DNA of 64,000 nt from a virus. The stretch spans positions 65,440-129,439 of IMG/VR virus record IMGVR_UViG_3300009506_000004. One strand, written 5' to 3'. Both the position numbers and the translations under genes were made by a program. The first letter of the stretch is position 1. Each line of letters starts with the position of its first letter. Under the pieces are notes generated by a model that was given only the letters and a program-made list of their open reading frames with translations, searched no databases and was not told the origin of the DNA. Positions 30,548-40,957 of the stretch are shown one piece after another.

Positions 30548-32647
30548 TTATGGATTAGAGTAGTTACGTTCGAGAGCAGCAACAACACTGAATGATTGCC
30601 CAACAGCACGTTGTATAGTACCAGATGTTTCAACAAATTGAGCAGTTTCTAATCCGATAGCTCTAATTATTATAGCAGCATCTGTCCCGGATGTTCTCCC
30701 ACCTTGGACATTGTTGTCATAATCAAAATCAAAATTAATTTGTGAAGCACCAATAGAACCAGCTATATCTTGGTCATCGTTATCATCAACAATTATTGCA
30801 TCAGCGCTATTAATTGGGTTTTTGTCTAAACTAGAAGAGGCTGGTGATTCATTACTTACTGTATCTCCATTAATTTTATTTACGGCAGCAGTCCATGGTC
30901 CAGTACCTGCTGGTGCTCCAGTTAATTGCCAAATTCCATTATTATTTGGATCAGCATAACCGTCTAATTTAATATAATCACCATTAGATAATTCTGCAAC
31001 TAAATCAGTTATACTTGAATTCAAAGTAGCAGTACTTCCACTAGCACCTGATAAACTAAACCCAGAATTAGTAAATCTTTCAGTATATTCATAAAATACC
31101 CAATACTCACCAGATGAATCATTAACTAAGTTAGTATTAAAGTTAATAGTACCAGCTGCAACGAATGGATAAGTTCGTTCTGTTCCGGTATTATCAACAA
31201 ATACTAACCTGTTTGTATCATTAGAACTAAACCCTTCAATAACAACACCAGAGCCACCGCCGTTTGGATTACTTGGAATTTTAGGACCACATTTAAGTGT
31301 ATCACCAACAAAAACCAGTAATTCGTCAGCTGTTTTACCAACAACTGTTTGGTCGGTACTATCAATATCAGAAGCTTGTCTTAGTAAATATTGAACTTTT
31401 TCGTATATCTCTTCTGCTGTTGCAGAAACTGGTGTAGAACGTTGAAGTGTAAACGAAAGATTAGATTCAGAACCACTTAAAGCAGCACTTAAAGTGACAG
31501 TTGTACCAGAAGCTGTTGTTACATTATGGATACCTTTATCAGTACCCTCATGGATTACTAATGTTCCGCCATCATAAATACTAGATGGAATTCCACCTTC
31601 AGTAGTAGTAAAAGTTGTAGTACCAGCAGATGCACCATCAACACCAGAAAAAGTACCAACATCAACTACAATACCAAAATTTCTAGCTGTACCTACTAAA
31701 TCAATATCTCTTGAAAAAGCTTGATCAAAATATCTTACAACAATTTGTGTATAAGGTGAATTTGAAGATATATTAGCATCAGTTTCAGAAATTTTTAAGT
31801 CAGTAGCATTTGCAAGAGGAAATCGATAAGCCTGATATGTTAATTCAGTAACACCAATATCACTTAATTCTGATTGATCGAATAATTTACCATTAGTATC
31901 AGCATCACGAATGCGGAGGAATAATTTAAGTTTATTCCTAAATTCTCTAGCAAATGTAACTGTAGTATCACCAGTGTCGGCTGTTAACCCAGTTGTAGTA
32001 ATAACACTAGCTGAAATATCAGTAATAACATATGTACCGTCATTAGCTGGGTTATCAGCATTAGATACTTCAATACGTCCACCAATTTTATACCCTTCTG
32101 TTAACCAACTACCAGCATCATTTCGTGTAATTGTCGTAGTAGTAAAATCAAAACCTGTACTAGTATCAGCGGGTGTGATATTATTATATGTTTCTACAAC
32201 TTCATTAACTGGGCCAGCTCTATCAAAATCTACAGGAGCTGAAGTATCGGTTGGATCATCACCTTGCTGATAATAAGCTGTATCATTATCTTCATCTTCA
32301 AATGAACCAAGAGTAATAACGCCAGAAAATTCTTTCTTTAATATATCATATTCGTCAATTTCTCGCCAACCGGCTGTACGAATTAATTTCCTTGTTGTAT
32401 CATTGTATGGCTCCCAATCTTCAATCCATTCAAATTGCTCCGGTGTAATAGCAATTTGAGGAAATGGGTGGGGAATAAGCGTAGCATCAGATTTCCATTC
32501 TTCTTTAAAGAAAGAATATAATGCTTGTAAAGTAACACCATCACTAGTTAAGTTACCAGCTATATTTAATGTAACTTTCCTAGTCGAAGTATTAATTGTT
32601 ACTTCAGTGCCTTGATTAAGGTCATCGGGGTCAACTATAATTGCCAT
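30548..32647 (-). CDS. Virion structural protein (collar/fibre base-like)
   Basis: 699 aa, acidic and T/S/G-rich; ends ERNYSNP. Confidence 0.65.
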   Translation of the reverse strand: MAIIVDPDDLNQGTEVTINTSTRKVTLNIAGNLTSDGVTLQALYSFFKEEWKSDATLIPHPFPQIAITPEQFEWIEDWEPYNDTTRKLIRTAGWREIDEYDILKKEFSGVITLGSFEDEDNDTAYYQQGDDPTDTSAPVDFDRAGPVNEVVETYNNITPADTSTGFDFTTTTITRNDAGSWLTEGYKIGGRIEVSNADNPANDGTYVITDISASVITTTGLTADTGDTTVTFAREFRNKLKLFLRIRDADTNGKLFDQSELSDIGVTELTYQAYRFPLANATDLKISETDANISSNSPYTQIVVRYFDQAFSRDIDLVGTARNFGIVVDVGTFSGVDGASAGTTTFTTTEGGIPSSIYDGGTLVIHEGTDKGIHNVTTASGTTVTLSAALSGSESNLSFTLQRSTPVSATAEEIYEKVQYLLRQASDIDSTDQTVVGKTADELLVFVGDTLKCGPKIPSNPNGGGSGVVIEGFSSNDTNRLVFVDNTGTERTYPFVAAGTINFNTNLVNDSSGEYWVFYEYTERFTNSGFSLSGASGSTATLNSSITDLVAELSNGDYIKLDGYADPNNNGIWQLTGAPAGTGPWTAAVNKINGDTVSNESPASSSLDKNPINSADAIIVDDNDDQDIAGSIGASQINFDFDYDNNVQGGRTSGTDAAIIIRAIGLETAQFVETSGTIQRAVGQSFSVVAALERNYSNP

Positions 32648-32662
32648 TTATTTTATATCTCC

Positions 32663-32965
32663 TTACTGCTTTGAAATTAAAGCAGCTACAGCTGTTACTG
32701 CTGTACCAATAACTGTTGTAAATACAAACCAAAGAACTGCCTTAAAGCACGCATGGGATCTTTTTAATCTATCAACATCAGTGACCAGACCTGTTCTTTT
32801 ATCTGTACCTCTTAAGACATCTTTTATGTCTAAAATATTACTATGTAGACCTTCAAGAATTACACTTTGCCTAGCTTGTTCTATATGAAGGTCAACTAAA
32901 GTTGGGTTCTTTTGTACTGACATTGCATAACCTCTGCCCCATTGGGGTTTCTTTCTTATATTCAC
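32663..32965 (-). CDS. Small protein with a coiled coil and a C-terminal TM helix (holin/XhlA-like)
   Basis: GLVTDVDRLK followed by AVLWFVFTTVIGTAVTAVAALI. Confidence 0.5.
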   Translation of the reverse strand: MNIRKKPQWGRGYAMSVQKNPTLVDLHIEQARQSVILEGLHSNILDIKDVLRGTDKRTGLVTDVDRLKRSHACFKAVLWFVFTTVIGTAVTAVAALISKQ

Positions 32966-32980
32966 TATGTAGTGAATATA

Positions 32981-33012
32981 AGAAAGAAACCCCTCCTAAG
33001 AGGGGCTTCTTT
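32981..33012 (-). terminator. Terminator after the capsid gene
   Basis: GAAACCCCTC-CTAA-GAGGGGCTTC with a U tract on the minus strand. Confidence 0.7.
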
Positions 33013-33022
33013 ATTTATTTAA

Positions 33023-35325
33023 TTAACCGAGCAATAGAACGGCAAGGTTGTCGTCAAGGACAGCTGTTCCGCACAGCAAATCCAACACAACCTTAGTTCC
33101 ACCAGCATCGATATCATACTGCATAGTAGCGCGCATCGCAATGTCATTATAAGATGAAACAAAGGATCGAGCACCTTCAGACGCATCCGGTCGCGCTAAT
33201 GGTCGAGTGACCAACGCAAACGAATTACGATGAAATGCAACATTGAAATCACCAGCTGGGCCAGGGAAGGCACCATCGCCATCAGTTAACGCAAGATCAA
33301 GGGGTCGATCTAACAGAACCTTAACCTCAGTTGCACTAACTGTAATGGTTTCAATGACAGAATATGTATGACGTGTCGTAGGTGTTGTACCAAATGCAAT
33401 GAGCTGGCCAACTACAGGTGGTTTTCCAGATGTAAAACCATCAATACTAATATACTTAGCATAACCAGCAGAGTAGTTACCATTAACATCAGCCATCATA
33501 TAAACCGTGATAACAGCACCACTTTCAACATCATACTTAATAGCTTCGTTAAGTGTGGCAGCAGTTGTATCAGTTGTGTCATCAACTTCAGCTGTGATCC
33601 AAGTTGGCTGATCATTACCGGCCAGATTGGCAAATTCACCAACGTTACAAACATAATCTGTAACATCAAACGCTGTCAACGAACCAGTTGTACCCGCAGC
33701 AATAGCCGCAGTAGTAGCACCAAGAACTGTGTCACGCGAAGCAGTTGATAATACACCATTCACATTCTGGTCCATGAATGTGTCAAAACTACCAATACGG
33801 CCTAACAAAGCCTCTTCCAGCGCTGTTCCACCGTCACCACGTTTTTCTGAACTAACAAAAAGTTCAGTCTTTAGCATAGCTGTTTCGGACCCTGGAGCCA
33901 AAACTAACTTACGACCCGATGTATGGGCTAATGTTCGGTTTAACTTCTCTCGGGCTTCCAGCACAGTATCCCAAGCATTGCTGGATGTAAGATTAAGTAA
34001 CCGCCCAACACGATCTTCAGGGTCACCGATCAGCGCATGAGCCATACGACCGACTATAGCACGATCAATACCATTACCCATGGCTTTCATACCTGGGACT
34101 AAATGAACCTGAATAAGATCTTGCAAAGACTTCGACCGCTCACCATCCTTAATAACAAAACCAGCATACATATGCTGATTAAGTGGAACTTGTACGTTAG
34201 TAACAACAGCATCATTATACTCAGTTGTATCAGAATCTGTCTTTCGATACACCTTCATATCAGCTGGCTTACGTGTATTAACCACGTCACCATAATCTTT
34301 AACTTCCATCGAGAAATCCCGATGAACTAACATACCCATAATCATGTTCTCTTCGAGAACAGCAATAGACTCCCGTGCCCAAACTTCTGGGACAAGCATT
34401 TATGTTAACTATATATTTCTATATAGATCAGACTATATCTTCATCAACCAATTATAGCAAGATTGCAATTTATGTTTTGTAATTTCATTTTCTTGTTCTA
34501 GTATTGTATTACATTTTCTACATACAACACCTAATACTTTATTGTCTACGTGATGTATATAAGGTAATGTAAGAATATTATTACAACAATCACAATTTTT
34601 TGAATTTCTCAAAATTGATACTTGTTCAAATGTTAAATTATAAACATATGTTTTGACAAGTATTTTATAGCAATCTTTACATGTTGCATATAAACCATAT
34701 TTTCCACTTTGGTATTTTTGTTTATAGAAATTCTTCTTTGGTTTATATTGTTTGCAGCATTTGCATAATCGTTGAGTTGCGCGTGTAGTCGTTGAGGGGT
34801 CAGGTTCCTTTTGCTGACTTCCCTGCTGATTGACTCTATTGAATAGATTTTTACGATCTTTTTGTATAAATTCTAAACAGGACTTTATACGGTGTAAATC
34901 TTCTTTTGTTTCTTGTCCTAATGTTATATTACAATAATGACAAAGAATACCTTTAACCTTATGCTCAACATGATGAAGATTCTTTTTTAAATTTGTTAAA
35001 TCTTCACCACAACACATACATAAAGATTCTTTTCTAAAATTTATTACTTGTTCGCATGTAATACCAAGTCTATTAGCTGCTTTTTTAATAGACCAGCATT
35101 GTTTACAAATATTTCTATATTTTTTTGAATCTTTTCTAAAATGATATTCTTTAATAGATTTATTTTTTTTACATTTTGAACAAATTTTAAATATCGTACT
35201 ATTCACTTATCAAGTTGTTCCAGCATATAGCGCAATTCTTATTAGAAATCGCTTTCTAATAGGCCCATGTTCTAAGCGTCGTTATCATTGGCATAAGAAG
35301 CCAAAATTGTGTAAAAATAAAACAT
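33023..35325 (-). CDS. Major capsid protein (P22 coat/gp5-like, HK97 fold), spliced: exon 1 35275-35325, exon 2 33023-34396
   Basis: Exon 1 MFYFYTILASYANDNDA (GGGAG RBS) joins in frame to LVPEVWARES; GDVVNTRKP, NVAFHRNSFALVTRPLARP and LDLLCG are P22-coat-like motifs. Confidence 0.9.
34397..35274 (-). ncRNA. Group I intron (878 nt) in the major capsid gene
   Basis: 5' exon ends in U and the intron ends in G. P TATGCTGGAA (about 35218-35227), Q AATCAGCAGG (about 34822-34831), R TCAACGACTAC (34785-34795), S AAGATATAGTC (34431-34441). P3 TTGCGC/GCGCAA; P2 with a GCGA loop; P9 with a GAAA loop. Confidence 0.92.
34433..35206 (-). CDS. Intron-encoded homing endonuclease, two Zn-finger/endonuclease VII-like units
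   Basis: CxxC...HHV..KV.G..CxxCN..L twice, each preceded by CxxCK..K....(F/Y)..CKxC. Confidence 0.8.
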   Translation of the reverse strand: MNSTIFKICSKCKKNKSIKEYHFRKDSKKYRNICKQCWSIKKAANRLGITCEQVINFRKESLCMCCGEDLTNLKKNLHHVEHKVKGILCHYCNITLGQETKEDLHRIKSCLEFIQKDRKNLFNRVNQQGSQQKEPDPSTTTRATQRLCKCCKQYKPKKNFYKQKYQSGKYGLYATCKDCYKILVKTYVYNLTFEQVSILRNSKNCDCCNNILTLPYIHHVDNKVLGVVCRKCNTILEQENEITKHKLQSCYNWLMKI

Positions 35326-35393
35326 TTTTCACACTCCCATATTAAATAAGTATCATTACTCAAATTACGCCCCAGCAGAAGTGTATTTGGGAT

Positions 35394-36254
35394 TTAACGT
35401 CTTTTATAATTCAAACCTAAAGCGGCTGGGTTCTCTTTTCTAAGTTTGAACCATTGTTCGTCTGTTAATCGTTTATGATCAACATTCCCAGACCCGATAT
35501 TACCACCATCGGTAGCGTTTTGGGAGCCAATACCTTCTCGAATATTATTCTTGAAGAAATTGCCCCATTGTGAAGGATTCTTTTTCATATACTCAACGGC
35601 TTCATCAGGCGTCATTTGAAGTCGTTCAGATACACCAGTATCCTCATTTTTAACTGTCATCGTGACCATAGGAATCAGTTGGCCAGTTGGCTGTCCTTTT
35701 GCATCTTTAGCTTCTACTAATTCTGTTTGACCACGTAATTGAACAATAATTTGCGAAGGATTAAAAGCCTCATGCTTAATAGCAGCAGATTGAAGTGCTT
35801 GGAAAATAGTAGATTCAGTATATCTATCTTCCCAAACTTTAGCTGCTTTTGTTGCTTCTTCTAATTGCTGCACATATTTATCTTCTTTTTGTTTATTATC
35901 GTAAGCAATCTGTTGTTCCTTTGTACGATGTCTAGCCTGAAGATCATCTAATTCCTTCTGTAATTTTTCTTTTTCTTCTTTACTAACATTTTGATTTCTC
36001 AAAAGTTCTTGATAACTAGTTTCTAATGAAGAATATTTATCTTGATGTTTTCTACGGTCTTCAGCTAAGAACTTATTGACATCATCTTGTGTGAATGTTT
36101 TACCAGAATCTGTTCCTTTACCAGAATCTGTTCCTTTACCAGAATCTGTTCCTTTACCAGAATCTGTTTCTTTACCAGAATCTATTCCATCACCAGAATC
36201 TGTTCCATCACCACTGCCTTCATAAGAAGCTAATATTTCATACCAAAATAACAT
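35394..36254 (-). CDS. Capsid scaffolding protein
   Basis: KTFTQDDVNKFLAEDRRK motif and coiled coil; upstream of the capsid gene; probable start MLFWY after a GGAGG RBS. Confidence 0.8.
   Translation of the reverse strand: MLFWYEILASYEGSGDGTDSGDGIDSGKETDSGKGTDSGKGTDSGKGTDSGKTFTQDDVNKFLAEDRRKHQDKYSSLETSYQELLRNQNVSKEEKEKLQKELDDLQARHRTKEQQIAYDNKQKEDKYVQQLEEATKAAKVWEDRYTESTIFQALQSAAIKHEAFNPSQIIVQLRGQTELVEAKDAKGQPTGQLIPMVTMTVKNEDTGVSERLQMTPDEAVEYMKKNPSQWGNFFKNNIREGIGSQNATDGGNIGSGNVDHKRLTDEQWFKLRKENPAALGLNYKRR
36101..36213 (-). repeat. 18-bp coding tandem repeat (GTDSGK)n
   Basis: ACCAGAATCTGTTCCTTT, about six degenerate copies. Confidence 0.85.
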
Positions 36255-36322
36255 AAATTCCTCCAATTGGAGTATAAATGACCCCACACTAAGAATTAGT
36301 TTAAGCGCGGTGGGTAATCGCT

Positions 36323-36856
36323 TTAAACTCTCATTAAACGAACGTGATCATCATCACGTAAAAATGGACGTAGATATTTCCAAGCTGTAGCAGATGGTAC
36401 ACCATTCATGAAATGTTCAAGTGGCTCTTGGTCCCTTGCAAAACTTGTCCTTACAGAACCAATTCCATGGTTTCTAATTGACATATTTTCCAATTCGATG
36501 TCTGGGTCTACGCCATCTAATAATGCATAAGCTATTTCATAACATGCCCATAGAATTCTTTCAGGAACTATAGTATCTGCACCACGTGGGAATTCAAGTT
36601 CCTGTGAAGCTTCAGCTGCTTGTATTTCATCACTTGTTGAATCTGGGTCATCTTGTAAAATTTCCCAGACAGTGTGTTTATAACCTTTAAAAGATAAACT
36701 ATCAATTATTCTTGTAGCAGCTAATAATGCTTTAGGTTTCTCAGTAGCACTAGCTTGACTCCAAGCAGTTTCATGAAGACGATCATTAAAATAAGATTCA
36801 GCTTGTTGTATAGTAGCATATGCTTCTGGCATAATTTCACCTAATGAGCACACCAA
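36323..36856 (-). CDS. Head-tail adaptor-like protein
   Basis: YAT...AESYF..RL...W...ALL.ATR.ID...Q.LEFPR pattern. Confidence 0.75.
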   Translation of the reverse strand: MVCSLGEIMPEAYATIQQAESYFNDRLHETAWSQASATEKPKALLAATRIIDSLSFKGYKHTVWEILQDDPDSTSDEIQAAEASQELEFPRGADTIVPERILWACYEIAYALLDGVDPDIELENMSIRNHGIGSVRTSFARDQEPLEHFMNGVPSATAWKYLRPFLRDDDHVRLMRV

Positions 36857-37140
36857 GAATAAGTTGTGCCACCTAAATTACACATTTGATAAATATCAGC
36901 CGGGTCATCAATTTCTAAAAAAATTTCGTCCCCAGCTTTTAATTGAAAACCAATAGTTGTACTATTTATATTTGATTTACCAACCCACATATCTTGGCTA
37001 CTATCTGTATTTTTTACTAATACCCCTTTATGTGCTTTTGCACTTTTAACATTGTCTAATTGCTGGGGAGTAGTTAAAGTAGTACCATTTCCAGATTGAA
37101 AAGAATTGCTAAATTTTATCGTTTCATTAAAAGAAGACAT
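36841..37140 (-). CDS. Small beta-sandwich virion protein, paralog A
   Basis: MSSFNETIK...VKNT..MWVG...GFQL; paralog of 37149..37448. Confidence 0.65.
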   Translation of the reverse strand: MSSFNETIKFSNSFQSGNGTTLTTPQQLDNVKSAKAHKGVLVKNTDSSQDMWVGKSNINSTTIGFQLKAGDEIFLEIDDPADIYQMCNLGGTTYSWCAH

Positions 37141-37148
37141 TTTTCACC

Positions 37149-37448
37149 TTAATAAGCCAGCCAAGTATAAGTTGTACTTAATGCAGAACCAATTACATAA
37201 ACATTTGCTGGATTATCTATTTGAAGTTCTACTTGTTCATTAGCTCCAAGTTCTAAACCAAAACTAGACGATACATTAGCTTTTCCAACATAAAGTTTAT
37301 TAGTAGCATGAGTATTTTTTATTACTAATTCTTTGTGTATTTTTGCATCGCGTACACTATCAAGTTTTTCAGCTGTTGCATTTCCAACTGATCCCATTCC
37401 ACATTGAAATGAATCAGTCATTTTAATTGTTTCATTGAAAGATGACAT
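37149..37448 (-). CDS. Small beta-sandwich virion protein, paralog B
   Basis: Same length (99 aa) and motifs as 36841..37140. Confidence 0.65.
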   Translation of the reverse strand: MSSFNETIKMTDSFQCGMGSVGNATAEKLDSVRDAKIHKELVIKNTHATNKLYVGKANVSSSFGLELGANEQVELQIDNPANVYVIGSALSTTYTWLAY

Positions 37449-39230
37449 TTATTTACCCTTGCCACGAATTGGCTTTTTAGTTGTATCATTTAATGTAGTA
37501 TCAGTAGCTTCGTCTCTTTCTTCTACAGCATCTTTAGGATTAGTTTCCATATCTTTAACACCGCGAGCACCAGCATTTTCTATTGGAGGTGCTTGTGCTT
37601 GCTGAATACGAGCTACACGTTTAGCATGATCTTTATTAGCTTTGGGTACTTCAATTTCACCATCAAAACCAAGAGCATTAGATAATGTTACATCTGAAGC
37701 TAATCCTTCTTCTTTAGCTAACCTAACAACATCAGGACTACTTGTAGAATAATTAGCTGTATCAATTTCCTTGTTTATTTTTGCTAATAAGTCTGGTGTT
37801 ATTCTCCCACCCATTAATGAAGCTGTAGCATCTTTTGCTAATTCTTTTTTAGCTGTAGTACTAGGAATAGAAAACATTAAACCTGTTAATTTATCAGCTT
37901 CAGTAATTCTATCACCCATTGATTTTAAGCTATATTGTTCTGGATATTTAATTACAACAGTATCAGAACTATTTTTCCCTTCATAAGCAGCCCAATGATC
38001 AGCTATTTTTCTTTCGGCTGTTTCTAATACAAGCCCAATAAAAGCCAAACCAGCTTCTAACCCTTGGTTATCTATATTTCTGGATTCAGCAGAAGCCCTA
38101 TTACTTCCTAAAGAAATAACGGCTAAATTCACTAATTTTCTAATATCTTCTTCTAATTTTCTTTGTAATTCAATAGAAGCTCTTAAAGGTTCAGAAGATG
38201 GGTGAATAAAGCCTGGACGTTCCGCTTTAATATCATAGTAACGACCATCTACTGCACCAACTCTTATTTGCTTATCGCCAGCAGCTTGCCCACCAGAGGA
38301 TGATGTTCCATCTTCCATAATATCCGATTTAATATGAGAGCCCATGGCTCTAGCATCCTGTTGCTCTGTGTAGAATGGGAAATTTGCTTTGAGAGCATAG
38401 GAAACATCACTAGAAACAAGATTTAATAAAGCTATTTGATGATTAGCTATATCTTTTAATAAACTATCACCAACACTGCATAAAACAAATGGAATTTTCC
38501 TTAATTCAAGTCTTTGTGGCTCAAAAAGCCATGCCTCGCCATTTTGGTCTATTGGCTTACCAGCTGAATCAAAAAATTGATATCTTACATATCCATCATT
38601 TGGGTCAACCCAAACTAATCTGAATCGTTCAAATGATGTTGAAGGTAAGAATACATTCCCATAATGTACATTATAATTAATACACCAATCTCTTAATAAA
38701 ATTGCTTGGTAATCACTTTCTTGGTGTGGTAAAGAAGATCTCCATGATAAAATATCTTCGACTCTATATTGATATAAATATGGTGCGGCATTTTCTGCAT
38801 CAGCTAATGTTGGTCCAGCTGGTGCAATATTATCTACATAAATCCCAACTTGCCCCATAGCTAACATTTCTGGAAGTATTTGAGTACCTATGAAATGGTT
38901 CATACTAGAACCGTGTCTATCAACACCCCCTTTATAACCATTTATTGCTGATTCATATGCTTGACTGCCACCACGTCTAATAATATCTACCATTCTAGAG
39001 AAAATAGAATTTTTAATATCAACCAAAGCTGCTTTTGCAAAACCTGGGACAGGTGTTATATTTCTACGTTTATCAAAATCATCATCATTCTCGCGTTCAG
39101 ACCATTTTTCTAAATAAGTTCTAATAAAGGCATCTCCACCTTCCCAAATATATCGCCATTTACTCCAATCTGGTAGATTGTAGATATATTGTGGATGCCT
39201 TAGACTTGGGATGGTAATTGTTTGTGCCAT
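37449..39230 (-). CDS. Portal protein
   Basis: 593 aa directly after the terminase; HPQY...W...YL...E....F..R and IPFV motifs. Confidence 0.85.
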   Translation of the reverse strand: MAQTITIPSLRHPQYIYNLPDWSKWRYIWEGGDAFIRTYLEKWSERENDDDFDKRRNITPVPGFAKAALVDIKNSIFSRMVDIIRRGGSQAYESAINGYKGGVDRHGSSMNHFIGTQILPEMLAMGQVGIYVDNIAPAGPTLADAENAAPYLYQYRVEDILSWRSSLPHQESDYQAILLRDWCINYNVHYGNVFLPSTSFERFRLVWVDPNDGYVRYQFFDSAGKPIDQNGEAWLFEPQRLELRKIPFVLCSVGDSLLKDIANHQIALLNLVSSDVSYALKANFPFYTEQQDARAMGSHIKSDIMEDGTSSSGGQAAGDKQIRVGAVDGRYYDIKAERPGFIHPSSEPLRASIELQRKLEEDIRKLVNLAVISLGSNRASAESRNIDNQGLEAGLAFIGLVLETAERKIADHWAAYEGKNSSDTVVIKYPEQYSLKSMGDRITEADKLTGLMFSIPSTTAKKELAKDATASLMGGRITPDLLAKINKEIDTANYSTSSPDVVRLAKEEGLASDVTLSNALGFDGEIEVPKANKDHAKRVARIQQAQAPPIENAGARGVKDMETNPKDAVEERDEATDTTLNDTTKKPIRGKGK

Positions 39231-39242
39231 TAATTTTCTCCA

Positions 39243-40952
39243 TTACAAAAATTTCCCAATATTTTGATTAGTTGCAATAGAAGCAGCACATGGCAATGCC
39301 ATTTCTGCGTAATTTAAAGCATGTGCATAATGATCGGGATGACCATAGTTTTTATATGCAGCTACTGGATTACCATATTGGTCCTCTTCATATACTCTAT
39401 GCAAAGCTTTTACATGGTCTGCAAAGCCTCTTGGAAGATCCATCGGAGTTTCTATAGCACCAGAATGAAATCTCCCCAAACTAATATCCAACCAATTTGT
39501 TCTATCAACAGTGGCTACAGGGGCAGATGATCCATCATCTTCTATAGTCATTTCTTTTCCTGCTCTACCCTGACGATATCTATTTAACCAAACATAACCA
39601 GGAAATCTTCTAGCAAAACGTCTTGCTTCTTGTGGACCAGGATCCATATCAACCATACAAGCACGTATTTGCCATTCCCGCATTAATCTATCTGGGATTG
39701 TATCAAAATCTTCTTCGTGAAAACGACCAGCATCTAATATTCTACATTCAGCTGAAGTATTTAAATCAACACAAAATTGTGGATAAAACCATTCACAAAT
39801 AACATAATGACACCATGTACCTCTATCAAGACCCATAGTAATCATACGGTTTTCGCCAGATTTTACAGATAATTGTTTACAGTTATACTGTTTAATTGCA
39901 TTATTTATCATTTCATCAGTTACTTGTGATTGTTCCTCTACAAAAGGTTCACCGAGAACTGATTTATGAAATTCTTGCCTTGCAAAACTATTTGTTTGTG
40001 ATTTAAAATAATCAATTACAACCTCAGCTGGAGCTACAGTGTAACTATATAGTTGATTAATTTTAAAACCACGTCTATTTTTATCTGTTCCAGTAACAGT
40101 AGGTTCCCAATAACCAGTATTTACTAAAGTAGAAAGTTTATCATCTTGATTTATGGAACCATTTTCCCTATAAGAATGTTTATAACCATATTTACACATT
40201 GTACACTGATAATATGATTTATAACAATCTGGGTCATTCATATCCTCCCCACAAATTTTTATTGAATCTGGGAAGATAAATTCATCTGTTCTACCACAAC
40301 CAGGGCATTTAAAACGAAAATGTTCTTGGGTACTTTTTGCATATTCTAAACTAACCCCACGGTCTGGGAATGTAGGGGTACTAATCATCCAAATTTTCTT
40401 TTCTAGTTGACCCCTTAAACGATGAAAAGCCAATTCAATTTGAGATTTGTCCATTTCATCTAATTCATCAAGAATAAGCACAGCAACTGGTAAAGATTTA
40501 AGATTCGCATCACCTCTACTACCACGGATATAAAGTGATACATTATCTGACATTTTCAGCCCAACATTATTAGTATCAGTAAAAATACTTTTCAAGTATG
40601 GACTTAATCTTAAAGCTGGATTGAATCTTGACTTAGAAAAATCTGAAGCATTTTCTAATGTTGGTAAAACATAAAGAACACTTTTTCTCAAAACATCAAC
40701 TGTGTATAAGGCTATATTTATACCTACTTCTGTAAAACCAGCTTGTGCTGATTTCATAGAAATATTCCACATAGCTTGACTATCATGTAGTTCTCTGCAC
40801 CAAGGATGGTATTTATAACTATAATTACCTGCAAAAGGTTCACCCATTATCCGTCGTTTTTCAGACCATCTAGAAGGTGTAGTAATAGATACACTTTCTA
40901 GCTGATTTCTTAATTCCTCTCGGAACCAATTCATCATTGACGACATGGACAT
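39243..40952 (-). CDS. terL: Terminase large subunit (lambda GpA-like ATPase domain)
   Basis: KSAQAGFTE, LILDELD, ISTPT, CPGCG/CTMC; nuclease motifs MGLD and DHYAHA. Confidence 0.92.
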   Translation of the reverse strand: MSMSSMMNWFREELRNQLESVSITTPSRWSEKRRIMGEPFAGNYSYKYHPWCRELHDSQAMWNISMKSAQAGFTEVGINIALYTVDVLRKSVLYVLPTLENASDFSKSRFNPALRLSPYLKSIFTDTNNVGLKMSDNVSLYIRGSRGDANLKSLPVAVLILDELDEMDKSQIELAFHRLRGQLEKKIWMISTPTFPDRGVSLEYAKSTQEHFRFKCPGCGRTDEFIFPDSIKICGEDMNDPDCYKSYYQCTMCKYGYKHSYRENGSINQDDKLSTLVNTGYWEPTVTGTDKNRRGFKINQLYSYTVAPAEVVIDYFKSQTNSFARQEFHKSVLGEPFVEEQSQVTDEMINNAIKQYNCKQLSVKSGENRMITMGLDRGTWCHYVICEWFYPQFCVDLNTSAECRILDAGRFHEEDFDTIPDRLMREWQIRACMVDMDPGPQEARRFARRFPGYVWLNRYRQGRAGKEMTIEDDGSSAPVATVDRTNWLDISLGRFHSGAIETPMDLPRGFADHVKALHRVYEEDQYGNPVAAYKNYGHPDHYAHALNYAEMALPCAASIATNQNIGKFL

Positions 40953-40957
40953 CCCCT

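Noticed and set aside
17973-34330. Plus-strand ORFs within the virion operon (e.g. 21630, 28260, 31911, 33368)
   Set aside because: Antisense shadows of long minus-strand genes, with no motifs
33023-34399. Capsid gene starting at ATG 34399 as in the ORF track
   Set aside because: No RBS; that ATG is the intron's 3' end, and a proper exon 1 with an RBS lies at 35275-35325
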